Source: a virus
Virus record (IMG/VR): IMGVR_UViG_3300027970_000001
Location: 32,001-96,000 of that record
Strand: one strand, 5' to 3'
Length of the DNA stretch: 64,000 nucleotides
Numbering within the stretch: position 1 is the stretch's first letter; the number at the start of each line of letters is the position of its first letter. Below are positions 18,441 to 28,233 of the stretch, in pieces. Below the pieces are notes generated by a model that was not told where the DNA came from, made no database searches, and saw only the letters and a list, made by a program, of their open reading frames with translations. The translations under genes were made by a program, and so were the position numbers.

Positions 18441-18462
18441 TATGTAGCTCGGATGCTACATA
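18441..18462. promoter_or_regulatory. 8-6-8 palindrome: candidate recombinase core site or operator
   Basis: TATGTAGC-tcggat-GCTACATA in the divergent gap upstream of the recombinase. Confidence 0.5.
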
Positions 18463-18484
18463 TTGCTGCCGAAGGTAGGTGGTC

Positions 18485-18697
18485 ATGAAGATTGCAGAGC
18501 TACTGTCGTCGGCCAGGAAGGGCGTCCGGGTCAAGGTTCGAGTCCCCTCCTCCAAGAAGGGCGAGCTAGGAGAACTCGCGAAGGGCACTTTTCAGAGGCT
18601 GACGAGGAGCCAAGACAGCAAGCGGATCGTCCGCGTCATCGTGACCGTTGGAGGTCAGGAGTATGAGTTCAGGCCGCAGGATATCTCCCTAGCCTGA
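18485..18697 (+). CDS. Small SH3/KOW-like hypothetical protein
   Basis: Beta-rich basic ORF; VIVTVGGQEYEFRPQDISL end. Confidence 0.5.
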   Translation: MKIAELLSSARKGVRVKVRVPSSKKGELGELAKGTFQRLTRSQDSKRIVRVIVTVGGQEYEFRPQDISLA

Positions 18698-18725
18698 CAC
18701 GCCCGGCTTCGTCATACTCGCTGAC

Positions 18726-19103
18726 ATGACGCCGCTCGATGCGCTACGACGCTTGGGTGCCCCTGTGTGCGAGGGCTGCAACACCATCACCAAGTCGCCG
18801 CTTGGGGATGTCTACGACCAGGCGTTTGGGTGGAGGCATCGTCGATGCGCCGCATGCCGCACGTCCGTGATGGCCGGCAACGAGCGGCTGGCGTCCGCGC
18901 AGCAGCGTGCTCACGAGGAGAAGCTGAGGGCAATCCGAGATGAGATCCGCCAGAGCGAGCACCGATGGATGATCGAAGACAGCAACAGGGCCAACAGCTA
19001 CTCATACCTCAAGGCCGTCGCCGAGCACCAAGAAGACATCGACGCCGCCATGGGCGAGTGGGGTATGGGGCACGGCATGGCGGGCGCTCGCCGTGGATGG
19101 TAG
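18726..19103 (+). CDS. Hypothetical Cys-containing protein
   Basis: CEGC and CAAC; CATACT 7 nt before ATG. Confidence 0.55.
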   Translation: MTPLDALRRLGAPVCEGCNTITKSPLGDVYDQAFGWRHRRCAACRTSVMAGNERLASAQQRAHEEKLRAIRDEIRQSEHRWMIEDSNRANSYSYLKAVAEHQEDIDAAMGEWGMGHGMAGARRGW

Positions 19104-19112
19104 GGTGTCGCG

Positions 19113-19577
19113 ATGGACCCCTCCGACGAGAAGGACTTGTACTTCTACTTTGGCCAGTTTTGGCCCGTCGCCGCCGTCGGCGTGATCATCTATCTTGGCG
19201 GCGAGGCCGCCAAGAAGGTGGTTCACATCTGGGTGCCGCAGGGCACCGAGACCAGCAAACAGCCCTTCTGGTACAAGCTATGGTACGCCACGATTGACTG
19301 GCATCCGATTCTCGTCGGCGGCCTGCTCGGCGCCATCCCATGGCCCGTGCCCACCTTCGTGATGCACTGGTGGGTTCGGGTGCTGTGGTTTGCGTTCGTG
19401 GGGGCGTGCTCGGGGCAGATCTACCGCTCGATCAAGAAGAGCTTCGACATGCTCCCCGAGCTTGCGCGCAAGAAGGCGGGGCTCCCAGAGCAAGCCCCGT
19501 CTGTGCGGCCGGAGAGCGACGAAGCGACTGCTGTCAGCGACGCGAACGGCGGCGATTCTTCCGCACCCCGAGCTTGA
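19113..19577 (+). CDS. Multi-pass membrane protein (holin-like)
   Basis: Three hydrophobic segments. Confidence 0.55.
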   Translation: MDPSDEKDLYFYFGQFWPVAAVGVIIYLGGEAAKKVVHIWVPQGTETSKQPFWYKLWYATIDWHPILVGGLLGAIPWPVPTFVMHWWVRVLWFAFVGACSGQIYRSIKKSFDMLPELARKKAGLPEQAPSVRPESDEATAVSDANGGDSSAPRA

Positions 19578-19800
19578 GCACCTCCGGTGCCTTCTTGTTC
19601 CACCACCAGAACTGAACACCAAGTAGGCCCACGAGCCCGAAGGTCGCGTACTTCCAGTTCGCGCTGACGGACTCTGACGCCGCATCCCCGAATCCTGCGA
19701 TCGGAATCGACGGCACCGACGCCCCCTGGCCGCAGCCGCAGCCCGACCCGCTCAGCGGGAACCTGTTCGACCTCATCCCTCGCAACGCAATGTACGCCAT
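19534..19800 (-). CDS. Small tail-anchored membrane protein with Arg tail
   Basis: IAGFG motif, TM helix, ends VRKNRRRSRR; TAGAAT 9 nt before ATG. Confidence 0.65.
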   Translation of the reverse strand: MAYIALRGMRSNRFPLSGSGCGCGQGASVPSIPIAGFGDAASESVSANWKYATFGLVGLLGVQFWWWNKKAPEVLKLGVRKNRRRSRR

Positions 19801-19905
19801 GGTGCAGGCATTCTACGCGTCCGTAGGGGTTGCGCCAAGCCGATTTCGTTCGTAGGGTGCGTCGCATGAACGCGGTGGCTTTCACCGCAACCTGTAGGGG
19901 GTTTC

Positions 19906-20565
19906 ATGGCGATTGCAGATTTGTCGATGGATGTCTCAGACCAGACCCGCGCTCCGGCGTCGTCAGGCGACGAGGGTGGCCCCGCCGCCGTGTCGGGCTT
20001 CGCGGAGTCGTTGCCCCCCGAGGAGCCAGTCGCGCAGGCGCGTGCCGCGGCCTCGTGGGGAGAGGAGCTTCGGGCGCTGAGGCCCGTTCAAGCTTTGGGC
20101 AGGGGAGAGTCGTGGCAGGAGACGTTCCCGGAGTTCGTGCTCAAGGTCGTGGCGGCGGCCAGGCGGCACGGGGTCACAGCGGTCAGCAAGGAGACCGGGT
20201 TCTCGCTGTCCACCGTTCACCGATGGGCCGTGACCTCTGGCCTTCCGATTGGCGGACAAAAGCGCCGGGCGAAGGTCAATCGCAGCAGAAAGACCAGCGA
20301 TAACAAGGTCGTGGACATCAGGCGCAAGCCCGTCAAGGCTCGTGTCGTCAAGGTTCGCCCTGTGGCGGTCGCCGAAGCTCCGCACAAGGAAAAGGACGTC
20401 ACTTTGATGGCGTCCATGATTGATTTCATCGGCAGCTCTGCTGACGACAGGGAGATCTCCGCCATGGTGATCATCTCAGGCGTTCTCAAGAGCCTCACGC
20501 CGGATCAGCGCCGATCGGTCGCAACCTGGTTTGGGATGAAGCTGTCCCGCCTGCTTTCCGAGTGA
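19906..20565 (+). CDS. Helix-turn-helix DNA-binding protein
   Basis: RRHGVTAVSKETGFSLSTVHRW HTH-like segment. Confidence 0.55.
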   Translation: MAIADLSMDVSDQTRAPASSGDEGGPAAVSGFAESLPPEEPVAQARAAASWGEELRALRPVQALGRGESWQETFPEFVLKVVAAARRHGVTAVSKETGFSLSTVHRWAVTSGLPIGGQKRRAKVNRSRKTSDNKVVDIRRKPVKARVVKVRPVAVAEAPHKEKDVTLMASMIDFIGSSADDREISAMVIISGVLKSLTPDQRRSVATWFGMKLSRLLSE

Positions 20566-20614
20566 GGTCAGACGGCGTGCGTCCCGCGCGTGCAGGAAGT
20601 AGCCTGCACGCGCG

Positions 20615-21184
20615 ATGAACGAAGACACCGAGGCGGTTGCCGAGCACGAGGAAAATCCCGGTGATGACTCGGGCGATGCCCCCATTCCCGTGACCCGCCT
20701 GGAGCCCAGGACGTTCGACCTGTCACGCTTCGAGACGCCCACGGAACGGACGCGCACCATGAGCACCTTCGACGACCGCCCGCAGCACGCCATGGCCCCG
20801 GAAACGCCGGCTCAGTACACGCCGCAGCCCGGAGAGCGCGCTTTCAGGGTCATGCTCGCGTCGGAAGGGGAACCCGGGCAGGTCGTTCTGCGGCACTCAA
20901 GCTGGCTTCCTGCACGCGTGTTTGGACGAGCGGTGGCGGTTCGATACGCCATGTTCGAGGCCAAGCGGTCGCTTGCCGGTCCGCTCCAGGTGCTCATGGA
21001 CGCGTCCGGTCGCGTCATCGGCGTCTACCTTCCGGGCAGCGGCAAGCTCGCTCCTCCTCCTGTTGTGAAGGCCGTGAAGCAGGCTGCCGCTGGTCCCGTC
21101 AAGCGCACCAAGCGGACAAGCCGGTCCGTCACGTCCGAGCGTCCGGCCAAGCGCACGAGCAAGGTGCCCGCCCGTCGTCGATGA
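20615..21184 (+). CDS. Hypothetical protein with KRTS-rich C-terminus
   Basis: Ends KRTKRTSRSVTSERPAKRTSKVPARRR; TAGCCT 9 nt before ATG. Confidence 0.6.
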   Translation: MNEDTEAVAEHEENPGDDSGDAPIPVTRLEPRTFDLSRFETPTERTRTMSTFDDRPQHAMAPETPAQYTPQPGERAFRVMLASEGEPGQVVLRHSSWLPARVFGRAVAVRYAMFEAKRSLAGPLQVLMDASGRVIGVYLPGSGKLAPPPVVKAVKQAAAGPVKRTKRTSRSVTSERPAKRTSKVPARRR

Positions 21185-21228
21185 TCGACTGGCGGAACTA
21201 TCACAACGCGTGGTAGGCTCCGCCAGCT

Positions 21229-21894
21229 ATGCCGATGAAGCACGCGCCTGCATACACGCCTCAGCTATATCTCCCCGGCAGCATGGGGAGGTATCGTACG
21301 TACCCCCGCATGGTGACGACGCCGATTCCGGGGGCTGGGTTCAGCAACGTCGGAAAGCTGGTTTGGGGAGAGCAGGTGCTCGACCTTTCCGGTCGCCATG
21401 GCTTTTACCCTGGCAACTACGAGCGGGTCCCGCTGCGTGGACTGGGCACCGTCGCGTCGCCGTTTGGCGCATCGGTGAGGGTAGTTCCCCCGATCACGGC
21501 CACTCGTGTCGAATGCCGTCGCGTTCCGGCTCCAGAAGGGTGCTACTCGTGCCCGGACGGCTTTGAGCTTAGGCAGTTGACCCCCGGGATGCCCCCGGCG
21601 TGCGTGCGTCCTGGCCAGATGATCGGAGAGGGAGGGTATGCCCCTCCGCCGTCAGATCCTGCCGCAGCGCAGCCGAAGTTCTTCGATGTCGGCAAGGCCA
21701 TCTTCGCCAGCACCCCGGTGCAGAACATCGCTGCGATGGGCCCGATGGGGCAGGAGGCTCTCGTCTCCTACGCCAAGATCACGGCTTTCGGCACCTTTAT
21801 CATCGCCCCGCTGATGGGCGTGGCCGGCTACCTCATCGGCAAGAACAGCAAGAAGATGCAGGCGAATCGCCGCCGCCGCCGGAGCCGTCGATGA
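21229..21894 (+). CDS. Tail-anchored membrane protein with Arg tail
   Basis: LRGLG motif, Cys-rich segment, TM helix, ends MQANRRRRRSRR. Confidence 0.65.
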   Translation: MPMKHAPAYTPQLYLPGSMGRYRTYPRMVTTPIPGAGFSNVGKLVWGEQVLDLSGRHGFYPGNYERVPLRGLGTVASPFGASVRVVPPITATRVECRRVPAPEGCYSCPDGFELRQLTPGMPPACVRPGQMIGEGGYAPPPSDPAAAQPKFFDVGKAIFASTPVQNIAAMGPMGQEALVSYAKITAFGTFIIAPLMGVAGYLIGKNSKKMQANRRRRRSRR

Positions 21895-22259
21895 GCTACA
21901 GCCCCGTCCCTTATCGCCACGCCTCGCTCGGCGCTGGCCCGTCGGCACAGGATACGGGTCAGACCGTCCTGAACGTGGCCAACGTGGTCGCTGGCCTTGT
22001 GCGAGACCCCGAGGGCACCCTCCGTGTCCAGGGCCCGGGGATCGTCAGCGCGGTCGACCGTCATCTTGTCGGTCCCGTCGTCGACTCGGTTGCCCGAGCG
22101 TCTGCTCCCTACGTTCTCCGCTATGTGCTGCCTGCCCTCGGCGTCCTGTATCTCCTATCAGGTGCCGCGGCGTACTTCTCTTTCGAGGTCCTCCGTCAGC
22201 AGGGGGAGCGAAAGATGAGTCCGAACCGGCGCCGCAGGCGGAGGCGCAGGGTGCGATGA
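21891..22259 (+). CDS. Tail-anchored membrane protein with Arg tail
   Basis: ATGA overlap; SLG near the N-terminus; TM helix; ends MSPNRRRRRRRVR. Confidence 0.65.
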   Translation: MSYSPVPYRHASLGAGPSAQDTGQTVLNVANVVAGLVRDPEGTLRVQGPGIVSAVDRHLVGPVVDSVARASAPYVLRYVLPALGVLYLLSGAAAYFSFEVLRQQGERKMSPNRRRRRRRRVR

Positions 22260-22867
22260 GGAAGATCTACAAGACCGACATTTTCGGTGGCCGCATGGAT
22301 TCTCGGCAGTTCAACGCCGGGCGTTCCATGGAAAAGCGTATGTACCAGGAGGGCAAGGTCCTGGGCAACTCGATGGACGCCGAGAAGCAGGCGCCGAGGA
22401 CCTGGATCTTGTGGGCTGATGGCCCGGACCTTCCCGGCGGCCGAGGCAAGCCGATCATCGAGTGCGAGCTGTACGCGGTGCCTCGCGCGAGCGACAGCAA
22501 CGAGACGGTCGGCATGCTGATCGCCCAGTGCCCCGTCTGCTACATGCACCACAAGCAGGACAACTACATCACCGTGCGCGAGGACAACAAGGGCATGTCC
22601 ATCGGCACCGTCGAGTACGGGCGCTTGCCCAAGGGCCACCACCTTCGAGACAACTACGCGCTCGACTGTGAAGCAAAGGGCCGTCAGCCCCGGTCCACCG
22701 ATAAGATCCCGATGATTTCGTCGCCCGAGCGATGGCAGTGCGACTACTGCATGTCATGGTGCGTCCGCGTGACCGACAGCGTCGCGCACACCGACATGCG
22801 AGGCGCAACCCAGATCATCACGGGCGGCAACCGCATCGTTACCCCTGGCTCCTCCGTGGACATGTGA
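22256..22867 (+). CDS. Hypothetical zinc-finger protein
   Basis: CPVC and CDYC pairs; ATGA overlap. Confidence 0.6.
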   Translation: MRKIYKTDIFGGRMDSRQFNAGRSMEKRMYQEGKVLGNSMDAEKQAPRTWILWADGPDLPGGRGKPIIECELYAVPRASDSNETVGMLIAQCPVCYMHHKQDNYITVREDNKGMSIGTVEYGRLPKGHHLRDNYALDCEAKGRQPRSTDKIPMISSPERWQCDYCMSWCVRVTDSVAHTDMRGATQIITGGNRIVTPGSSVDM

Positions 22868-22869
22868 AC

Positions 22870-23295
22870 ATGGCATATCGAGTCGACCCTCTCGCTTTCG
22901 TGTCTGGCGCGGCCAGCCTTCCAAGGAACAGGGCCATCAGGCCAGACCTTCAGGACCAGTACGCACTGGTGCCCGTGAGCATGCTCGGCGACGAGATGCA
23001 GCCGATTCCTCAGCCCCTTCCGACCCAGCTCGTGCCCGCGAGCAGCGGCAGCATGGCGCTCGTGAAGAAGGTCGTGGCGGTGATCGTGGTCATCGCCATC
23101 TTGGCTGCCATCTACGAGATGTGGCGGCGGATGAGTGGCGCCAAGGACGCGCGCCCTGCCCTGACCGCCAACAAGGCAGCGCGCAAGCTCTCGACGGCTG
23201 CACTTGCAAAGCAGCTTCTTGAGCGCCTTGAAAAGAAGGGGAGCGGCAACCCGACCACTCTCCGCTCGCTCAAGACGTACGCTCGCAAGGCGTGA
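22870..23295 (+). CDS. Single-pass membrane protein
   Basis: MLG motif, VVAVIVVIAILAAIY helix, LTAN then a basic C-domain. Confidence 0.6.
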   Translation: MAYRVDPLAFVSGAASLPRNRAIRPDLQDQYALVPVSMLGDEMQPIPQPLPTQLVPASSGSMALVKKVVAVIVVIAILAAIYEMWRRMSGAKDARPALTANKAARKLSTAALAKQLLERLEKKGSGNPTTLRSLKTYARKA

Positions 23296-23301
23296 TCTGA
23301 G

Positions 23302-23886
23302 ATGCCGAAAAAAGCTCGGGTGGCCCTGCTGCCCGTTCCGGCAAAGTGCGTGCTGATCGGCATCGACCCGGGCGAATCCAGCGGCTGGGCCGTCCTCTGC
23401 TCTGACGGGTTGCGGATCCAATACATCGGCAGCGGCTGCATCGAGAAGACCTCGGTCTGCGCCGACGAGGTCTCCTGTGCGGTGGGCATCGCCGCCGAGG
23501 CGGCGCTTGACCGCGGGCTTCACCTCGTGGCCATGGGAGAGACGTGGACCTTTGGCGGCCCGGCAAAGGAAAAGGTGGGCGTGCGTGCGCTCATCGGGCT
23601 TGGCGCGGCATGGGAGCGATGGCGCGCGCCGATTGCAGCCGTTGCCCACTCCAACAAAATCCTGCGAGTCAACTCGCGCACCTGGCAGGCCGCGATGCTC
23701 AAGGGGTCCGGTGCCCGTACCAGCGACGCGTTGAAGTCAGCATCCATGCTTGCCGCCCGGAGCCGATATCCTCAGGTCAAGGCAAACTCGCCAGACGAGT
23801 CCGACGCCGCGTGCATTGCCACGTTTGGGATGCACGACCCGCGCGTCGCTGAACTTGTCAGTCGTCGGTTGATTCGACGTACGTGA
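23302..23886 (+). CDS. RuvC-like Holliday junction resolvase
   Basis: LIGIDPG..SGWAVL, E in MGET, DESDAA. Confidence 0.75.
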   Translation: MPKKARVALLPVPAKCVLIGIDPGESSGWAVLCSDGLRIQYIGSGCIEKTSVCADEVSCAVGIAAEAALDRGLHLVAMGETWTFGGPAKEKVGVRALIGLGAAWERWRAPIAAVAHSNKILRVNSRTWQAAMLKGSGARTSDALKSASMLAARSRYPQVKANSPDESDAACIATFGMHDPRVAELVSRRLIRRT

Positions 23887-23905
23887 CCGCGTAGCTTCCG
23901 CGGGC

Positions 23906-25249
23906 ATGTCGGAAGAACAGACCGTCGAAACGAATGAGATCGCCTACGAAGACCGGCCGATTCAGGAGGTCGAGTCTCTTCGCGAGACGATCACCAAGTC
24001 GAACTTCGGCGGGTACGCGTACACGGCCGAACCGGCTCCCGGAGCCGACGTCCATGGGATCTGGCACTGCTTCCACACCGACTCGCGCGCCGGATACGCA
24101 GCCCACGCCGTTGCCGCGAGCTGGATGATTCGGGAGGAGATGAAGGCGCCCCTGATGCTCATTCCGCATCGGGTCAAAGACATCGACATCGACAACTTCC
24201 CGGCCGACCGCGACGAGATGCTGCTGCGCTGGCTGTCCAAGTCGCCCGTCGGGTTCCCCGAGATGCTCTTGGTGAGCTTGCCTCCCGAGACGCAGATGTT
24301 CGGCCTTGGCAAGGCGACCGTGTACTACTCGGCATACGAGGCCACCAGGGTCAGCCAGTGGACCGCTGACACCGTCAACAGCAAGGGCATGACGGCCATC
24401 TGGTGCGTCAGCGACTTCGTGAAGAGGGCATTCGAGGCGGGCGGGTGCAACCCGAGCAAGCTCGACGTGGTGCGCCCGATGCTTTGCGGCGGCCCTTGGG
24501 CCATGCCCGAGCAGATGGTCCCGGTGGAGCGCGACGAGTTCGTCTTCGGCACGATGGGGACGTGGCACGAGCGGAAGGGCTTCCCTCACCTCATCCGAGC
24601 GTACTTCTCGCAGTTTCGGCGCGATGAGAATGTCGTCCTCAACATCAGGACGAGCCTGTTCGGGAAGAACAAGACCATCACCGAGTTCACAGACGGCGTC
24701 GTCAAGGAGATCGCCGAAATCGCCAAGGAGTTCGGCGATGACGACTACCCGCGCAGCAAGAAGATGCCCCGCGTGAGGCTTCAGACGGGAACCGACCTGT
24801 CCGATCAGGAAGTCATCGACTGGCTCGCGTCGCTCGACGGGTACGTTCAGCCGAGCTTTGGAGAGGGCCTCGGGATTCCGGCCGTCTGGGCGAAGGCTGT
24901 TGGTTGCCCGCTGGTTTGCACCGACTTTGGCGCGCTGGGTGATTTCGCGGCCGAACTTGAGCGGGAGACAGACTCCGGCACCATCGACGCCATCATCAAG
25001 CACAAGCTCGTGCCGGTCCCCCAGGGGCAGCTCGTCGTCAGCCCGATGTTCCACAAGAAGGCCGAGTGGGGAGACTACGACCCGAAGGATTTCGGAGCGG
25101 CCATGCGGACAGTCTTCGAGCGCGGTCGCAAGAAGGACATTCATGGAGCGGTTGCCACGCGCCGGCTGTTCGGTGCGGAGGCCACGGTGCCGGTCATGGC
25201 AGAGGCCATCAAGCGCAGGACCGGCGTGTCTGAATGGGGCACTCCGTGA
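23906..25249 (+). CDS. Glycosyltransferase (GT-B/GT4-like)
   Basis: FGTMGTWHERKG and YVQPSFGEGLGIPAV..A.G.P signature. Confidence 0.85.
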   Translation: MSEEQTVETNEIAYEDRPIQEVESLRETITKSNFGGYAYTAEPAPGADVHGIWHCFHTDSRAGYAAHAVAASWMIREEMKAPLMLIPHRVKDIDIDNFPADRDEMLLRWLSKSPVGFPEMLLVSLPPETQMFGLGKATVYYSAYEATRVSQWTADTVNSKGMTAIWCVSDFVKRAFEAGGCNPSKLDVVRPMLCGGPWAMPEQMVPVERDEFVFGTMGTWHERKGFPHLIRAYFSQFRRDENVVLNIRTSLFGKNKTITEFTDGVVKEIAEIAKEFGDDDYPRSKKMPRVRLQTGTDLSDQEVIDWLASLDGYVQPSFGEGLGIPAVWAKAVGCPLVCTDFGALGDFAAELERETDSGTIDAIIKHKLVPVPQGQLVVSPMFHKKAEWGDYDPKDFGAAMRTVFERGRKKDIHGAVATRRLFGAEATVPVMAEAIKRRTGVSEWGTP

Positions 25250-26349
25250 AGCTCGACTTCGTTGGGCACTTCGGCACGACGCTGTCGTTCGCCAGGTTGA
25301 GCGCTGAGATCTGCCGCGCCCTGCGTGCAGACGGCAAGCTCGGCAGGGTTACCAACCTCGATGACGAGTGGCACGAGGCCAACATGGACCTCTGCGACGA
25401 CACGGCACCGACCGGAACCCACTGCTTCATCGCCACGGAGCCAAGGCACTACTTCGAGTCGTACCTGGCTGCATACGAAGCGCGCCGCATCGCCCTGTAT
25501 TCCTCTCCGAACACCAACACGGTCGGCAAGGAGCACGCGCAGCTCGTCTCCAAGGTTGGCAAGGTCTTCGTTCCAAGCGGTTGGTGCGAGGAGAGCATCC
25601 GCAACGGATGCGAGAGCAACGGCGCCCCGAAGCCCGACAACATCACGGTCGTCCCGCTCGGGGTGGCAGACGGGTTCTCGTGGAGCGACGATCGCTACGC
25701 CAGGCTCTCCGAGCGAGCCAAGGACAACAAGCCGTGGACGGCGGTACACTTGTCGTCTGACCATGCGTGGCCGGGCCGGAAGGGCACCGGAGAGCTTCTC
25801 TCTGCCTGGGCCATGCTGCCCCGAGACAAAGAGCGGCAGCTCATTGTCCACGCCCACAGGGCCATCTACGAAGACGTCTTCTACAAGTGCGCCGACCTTG
25901 GCATCTCCGACCAGGTCGAGATCTTGATGCCACCTCTGCGAGGCTCTTCGGACGCAGAGCTTCTGGAGGTCATGGAGCAGGCTGACACGATCATCCTGCC
26001 AACCCGCTGCGAGGGCTTCGGGATGATTGTGCTGAGCGCCCTGTGCCTCGGCATCCCGACGATTGCCACGTGTGAAACGGCGCATGCGGAGTTCATGGGC
26101 TCGTTCGGAGGGTGGCTCGCTGCCCCGGCATCCCCTGGTGGCGAGATGGCCTACGAGGACGGGTCCGTGCCCGAGATCAACATCGGAGCGCTTGCCGACG
26201 CGATGCTCGTGGCCGAGGTGCCGGAGTCGAGGCTTCGGCTCCTGCGAAGCGCGAAGGTCACAAAAGACATCTCCTCGTCGTGGAAATGGTCGCACGTCGC
26301 GGAGCGTTGGGTTTCTGCTGTTTGCGGATGGATGGAGGAGACGTCATGA
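25234..26349 (+). CDS. Glycosyltransferase (GT-B/GT4-like)
   Basis: GRKGT and IILPTRCEGFGMIVLSALCLGIPTI signature. Confidence 0.85.
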   Translation: MGHSVKLDFVGHFGTTLSFARLSAEICRALRADGKLGRVTNLDDEWHEANMDLCDDTAPTGTHCFIATEPRHYFESYLAAYEARRIALYSSPNTNTVGKEHAQLVSKVGKVFVPSGWCEESIRNGCESNGAPKPDNITVVPLGVADGFSWSDDRYARLSERAKDNKPWTAVHLSSDHAWPGRKGTGELLSAWAMLPRDKERQLIVHAHRAIYEDVFYKCADLGISDQVEILMPPLRGSSDAELLEVMEQADTIILPTRCEGFGMIVLSALCLGIPTIATCETAHAEFMGSFGGWLAAPASPGGEMAYEDGSVPEINIGALADAMLVAEVPESRLRLLRSAKVTKDISSSWKWSHVAERWVSAVCGWMEETS

Positions 26350-26660
26350 GCGAAGCTAGTTTGGGTACGGCGCTGCGGGCGATCGGCGGTGGCGAGGTTC
26401 AGGTGATGACCCGTCACAGCGACTTCAACATGATCGAAGTCGAAGACGACTCCGGCGGTCGCCGGTCCATCCCCGCGATGCAGCTTGTGGCTTTCGTCGC
26501 CACCGATTACCGTGAGGTGGGGGCCAGCAGTGACGTGTGGGAGTTCCAGTCGACGATGTCTGCTGGGCCCGCCACGCCCCTCGGTCAGCCCGTCATCAAG
26601 ACCCGAACCTTCCTCCGCGGCACGGACATCCTGATGGTCCGAGCCGTTTCCAAGCTCTGA
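26346..26660 (+). CDS. Hypothetical protein
   Basis: ATGA overlap with the glycosyltransferase; GGAGG SD. Confidence 0.55.
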   Translation: MSEASLGTALRAIGGGEVQVMTRHSDFNMIEVEDDSGGRRSIPAMQLVAFVATDYREVGASSDVWEFQSTMSAGPATPLGQPVIKTRTFLRGTDILMVRAVSKL

Positions 26661-26668
26661 GCAATACC

Positions 26669-27163
26669 ATGAGCAACGACGAATCAAGACGGTTTGCGGC
26701 TGGCGGCCCCGCTGCCATCGTCGTACGTACCCCCGAAGAGGCCGCCCGCCTTGCCAAGCGGCTTGCTGGCGAAGACGACAAGCGCATTCTGTTCTTCTGC
26801 CTCACGTGCGGGTGGAAGAGCACGATGGAGTTCAGCGACGACGAGATCGAAGCGATGCCAACCGGCTCGGCGCGCGACTATCCAGGCCCGTGCCCTGGCT
26901 GCCAGTCGATGACGCTTCGACCGTTCGATGAGATGTTCGGCGGCACCGAGACGATCAACGACATGGCCAAGCGCAACAGGCGCTCGGAGTACGAGGAAGC
27001 CGCTGACGTGTTCCTCGACAGGGCAGTGAACAAGTTCATCGGAGGGATTCCAACCCCTCCAGCATCGCCCAGCTCCGCAGACTCCAACGCGCCTGCCTGG
27101 GCGCAGAACCTCGACGAAAGCCCCGTCGATCCAAACACCGTCAAGCCGCGCGGCGGTCGCTGA
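26669..27163 (+). CDS. Hypothetical zinc-ribbon protein
   Basis: CLTC and CPGC pairs. Confidence 0.55.
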   Translation: MSNDESRRFAAGGPAAIVVRTPEEAARLAKRLAGEDDKRILFFCLTCGWKSTMEFSDDEIEAMPTGSARDYPGPCPGCQSMTLRPFDEMFGGTETINDMAKRNRRSEYEEAADVFLDRAVNKFIGGIPTPPASPSSADSNAPAWAQNLDESPVDPNTVKPRGGR

Positions 27164-27181
27164 AAGCTGAGATCCGGCACG

Positions 27182-27721
27182 ATGTCAGTACATCCGAAAC
27201 TTGAAGCCGCCTACAGGTTCGCTTCCGAGCACCCAAGCGACATTCAGAACCATGTCCCGAGGCTTAGGGATCTGGCGTCGAACTGTCAGTCGGTGACTGA
27301 GTTCGGGACCAGGTCCGCCGTCTCGACTGTGGCGATCTTGCGCGGCCAGCCCGGAAAGTTCGTGGCGTACGACATTCATAAATGCCCGCGAGCCATCGAA
27401 CTCACACCGATTGCTGGGGCCACGAAGTTCAAGTTTGTGGTCGGAGACACTCGCAATATCTCTATTGAGCCCACGGACATGCTCTTCATCGACACGCTCC
27501 ACACGTACGAGCAACTGTCCGCCGAGTTGGCGCGTCACTCGGACAAAGTGGGCAAGTGGATCGCCATGCACGACACCGTCACGTTTGGCGATCGTGGAGA
27601 GCTTCCAAACACCAAGGGACTCCGCCCCGCCATCAATGAGTTCCTGGCAAAAGGCGGCTGGACAGTCGAAGCGGAATACGAGGACAGCAACGGCCTCACC
27701 GTGCTGAAGAGGACTACCTGA
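27182..27721 (+). CDS. Class I SAM methyltransferase (Methyltransf_24-like)
   Basis: VTEFGTR.AVST, DMLFIDTLHTY, IAMHD. Confidence 0.8.
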   Translation: MSVHPKLEAAYRFASEHPSDIQNHVPRLRDLASNCQSVTEFGTRSAVSTVAILRGQPGKFVAYDIHKCPRAIELTPIAGATKFKFVVGDTRNISIEPTDMLFIDTLHTYEQLSAELARHSDKVGKWIAMHDTVTFGDRGELPNTKGLRPAINEFLAKGGWTVEAEYEDSNGLTVLKRTT

Positions 27722-28230
27722 TGCACCCTTCTGCATACAGCGCAGTGGAGAAGTTCGCTTTCGATTACAGGTCGGAGGTCTCCGGCAAGTCGGTCGCTGA
27801 CATCGGCGCGTACAACGTGAACGGATGCTTGCGTCCTGTCTTCGACAAGCTCGGGTGCAAGTACGTGGGCATCGACGCGGCAGCAGGCCCCAACGTGGAC
27901 CTCGTGGTGCCTACGGAGCCCCCCTGGCCGTCGGTGCCTGATGCGTCGTTTGATGCGGTCGTGTCGGTGTCCACCCTTGAGCACACGAGGCGCCCGTGGC
28001 TCGTGGTCAAGGAGATGTCACGTATTCTGAAGCCCTCGGGCCTGGCCTGCATCGTCGCCCCGTACGCGTGGGGCTATCACGCCTACCCGATCGACTGCTG
28101 GCGTATTTTCCCAGATGGGATGCAGACGATCGTGGAAGACGCGGGCTTTTCTGTCGTTCAGATGTACATGGTTCCTGGCGGCGGCAAGGCGCCCGTCGGA
28201 GACACGGTCTGCGTCGCAAGAAAGGTCTGA
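27721..28230 (+). CDS. Class I SAM methyltransferase (Methyltransf_11-like)
   Basis: VADIGAYNVNG, FDAVVSVSTLEH, RILKPSG, YPIDCWR. Confidence 0.85.
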   Translation: MHPSAYSAVEKFAFDYRSEVSGKSVADIGAYNVNGCLRPVFDKLGCKYVGIDAAAGPNVDLVVPTEPPWPSVPDASFDAVVSVSTLEHTRRPWLVVKEMSRILKPSGLACIVAPYAWGYHAYPIDCWRIFPDGMQTIVEDAGFSVVQMYMVPGGGKAPVGDTVCVARKV

Positions 28231-28233
28231 CCC

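Noticed and set aside
18726-19103. HNH endonuclease call
   Set aside because: Two CxxC pairs are present, but there is no convincing H-N-H spacing.
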